From assembly GCA_011109175.1 (NCBI GenBank), contig RDEW01000047.1, forward strand, positions 82,324 to 115,323: DNA of 33,000 nucleotides. Reading direction: 5' to 3'. The notes under the pieces were generated by a model. The model saw nothing but the letters and a program-made list of their open reading frames with translations. It was not told the origin of the DNA and made no database searches. The DNA comes from Dicyema japonicum (taxonomy: Eukaryota; Animalia; Dicyemida). Made by a program: the position numbers and the translations under genes. Shown here piece by piece: positions 32,830-33,000 of the stretch. Position 1 is the stretch's first letter. The number at the start of each line of letters is the position of its first letter.

Positions 32830-33000
32830 TCTTAGGATTCAGGCAAAGCGCAAAGCACTGAGAAATCGTTTATCAGTTAAATAGCGATGTGGGAATCAAA
32901 CTCACAACTAATCAGGACCAACCAATATGATACCTGCTCACATTCAGCCATCAAAATCCACATTTTTCTAAAAAACAAAAATATGTCAGCTATCATCAAA

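Overview
AT-rich eukaryotic (probably metazoan) genomic DNA, standard genetic code, from a scaffolded assembly (single Ns at 4244 and 14182; 169-N gap at 18443-18611). The first 14.2 kb is gene-dense. It holds an SLC22-family organic cation transporter (272-2061, 518 aa after splicing) and a ~3230-aa sacsin-like giant protein (4377-14206). The ORF track fragments both genes because they are split by extremely small introns (22-25 nt; ten in the transporter, one of them GC-AG). From ~15.7 kb onward the window is mostly transposon debris: three decayed APE-type (Jockey/I-like) LINEs, RTE, CRE-like and L1/Tx1-like remnants, a hAT element with an 8-bp TSD carrying nested retroelements, a pogo/Tigger remnant and tRNA-derived SINE heads. 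At least one more micro-intron gene is hidden there (22313-22696). Four observations stand out. (i) Introns are almost uniformly ~23 nt long. (ii) A dispersed repeat carries a compact RNA motif with HDV-ribozyme-like stem order and compensatory base changes between copies. (iii) All three sacsin ATPase repeats lack the conserved N-box Asn. (iv) The sacsin C-terminus stops after the J-domain and runs into a LINE 3' end where HEPN is expected. All assignments come from manual translation and motif recall; no database searches were run.
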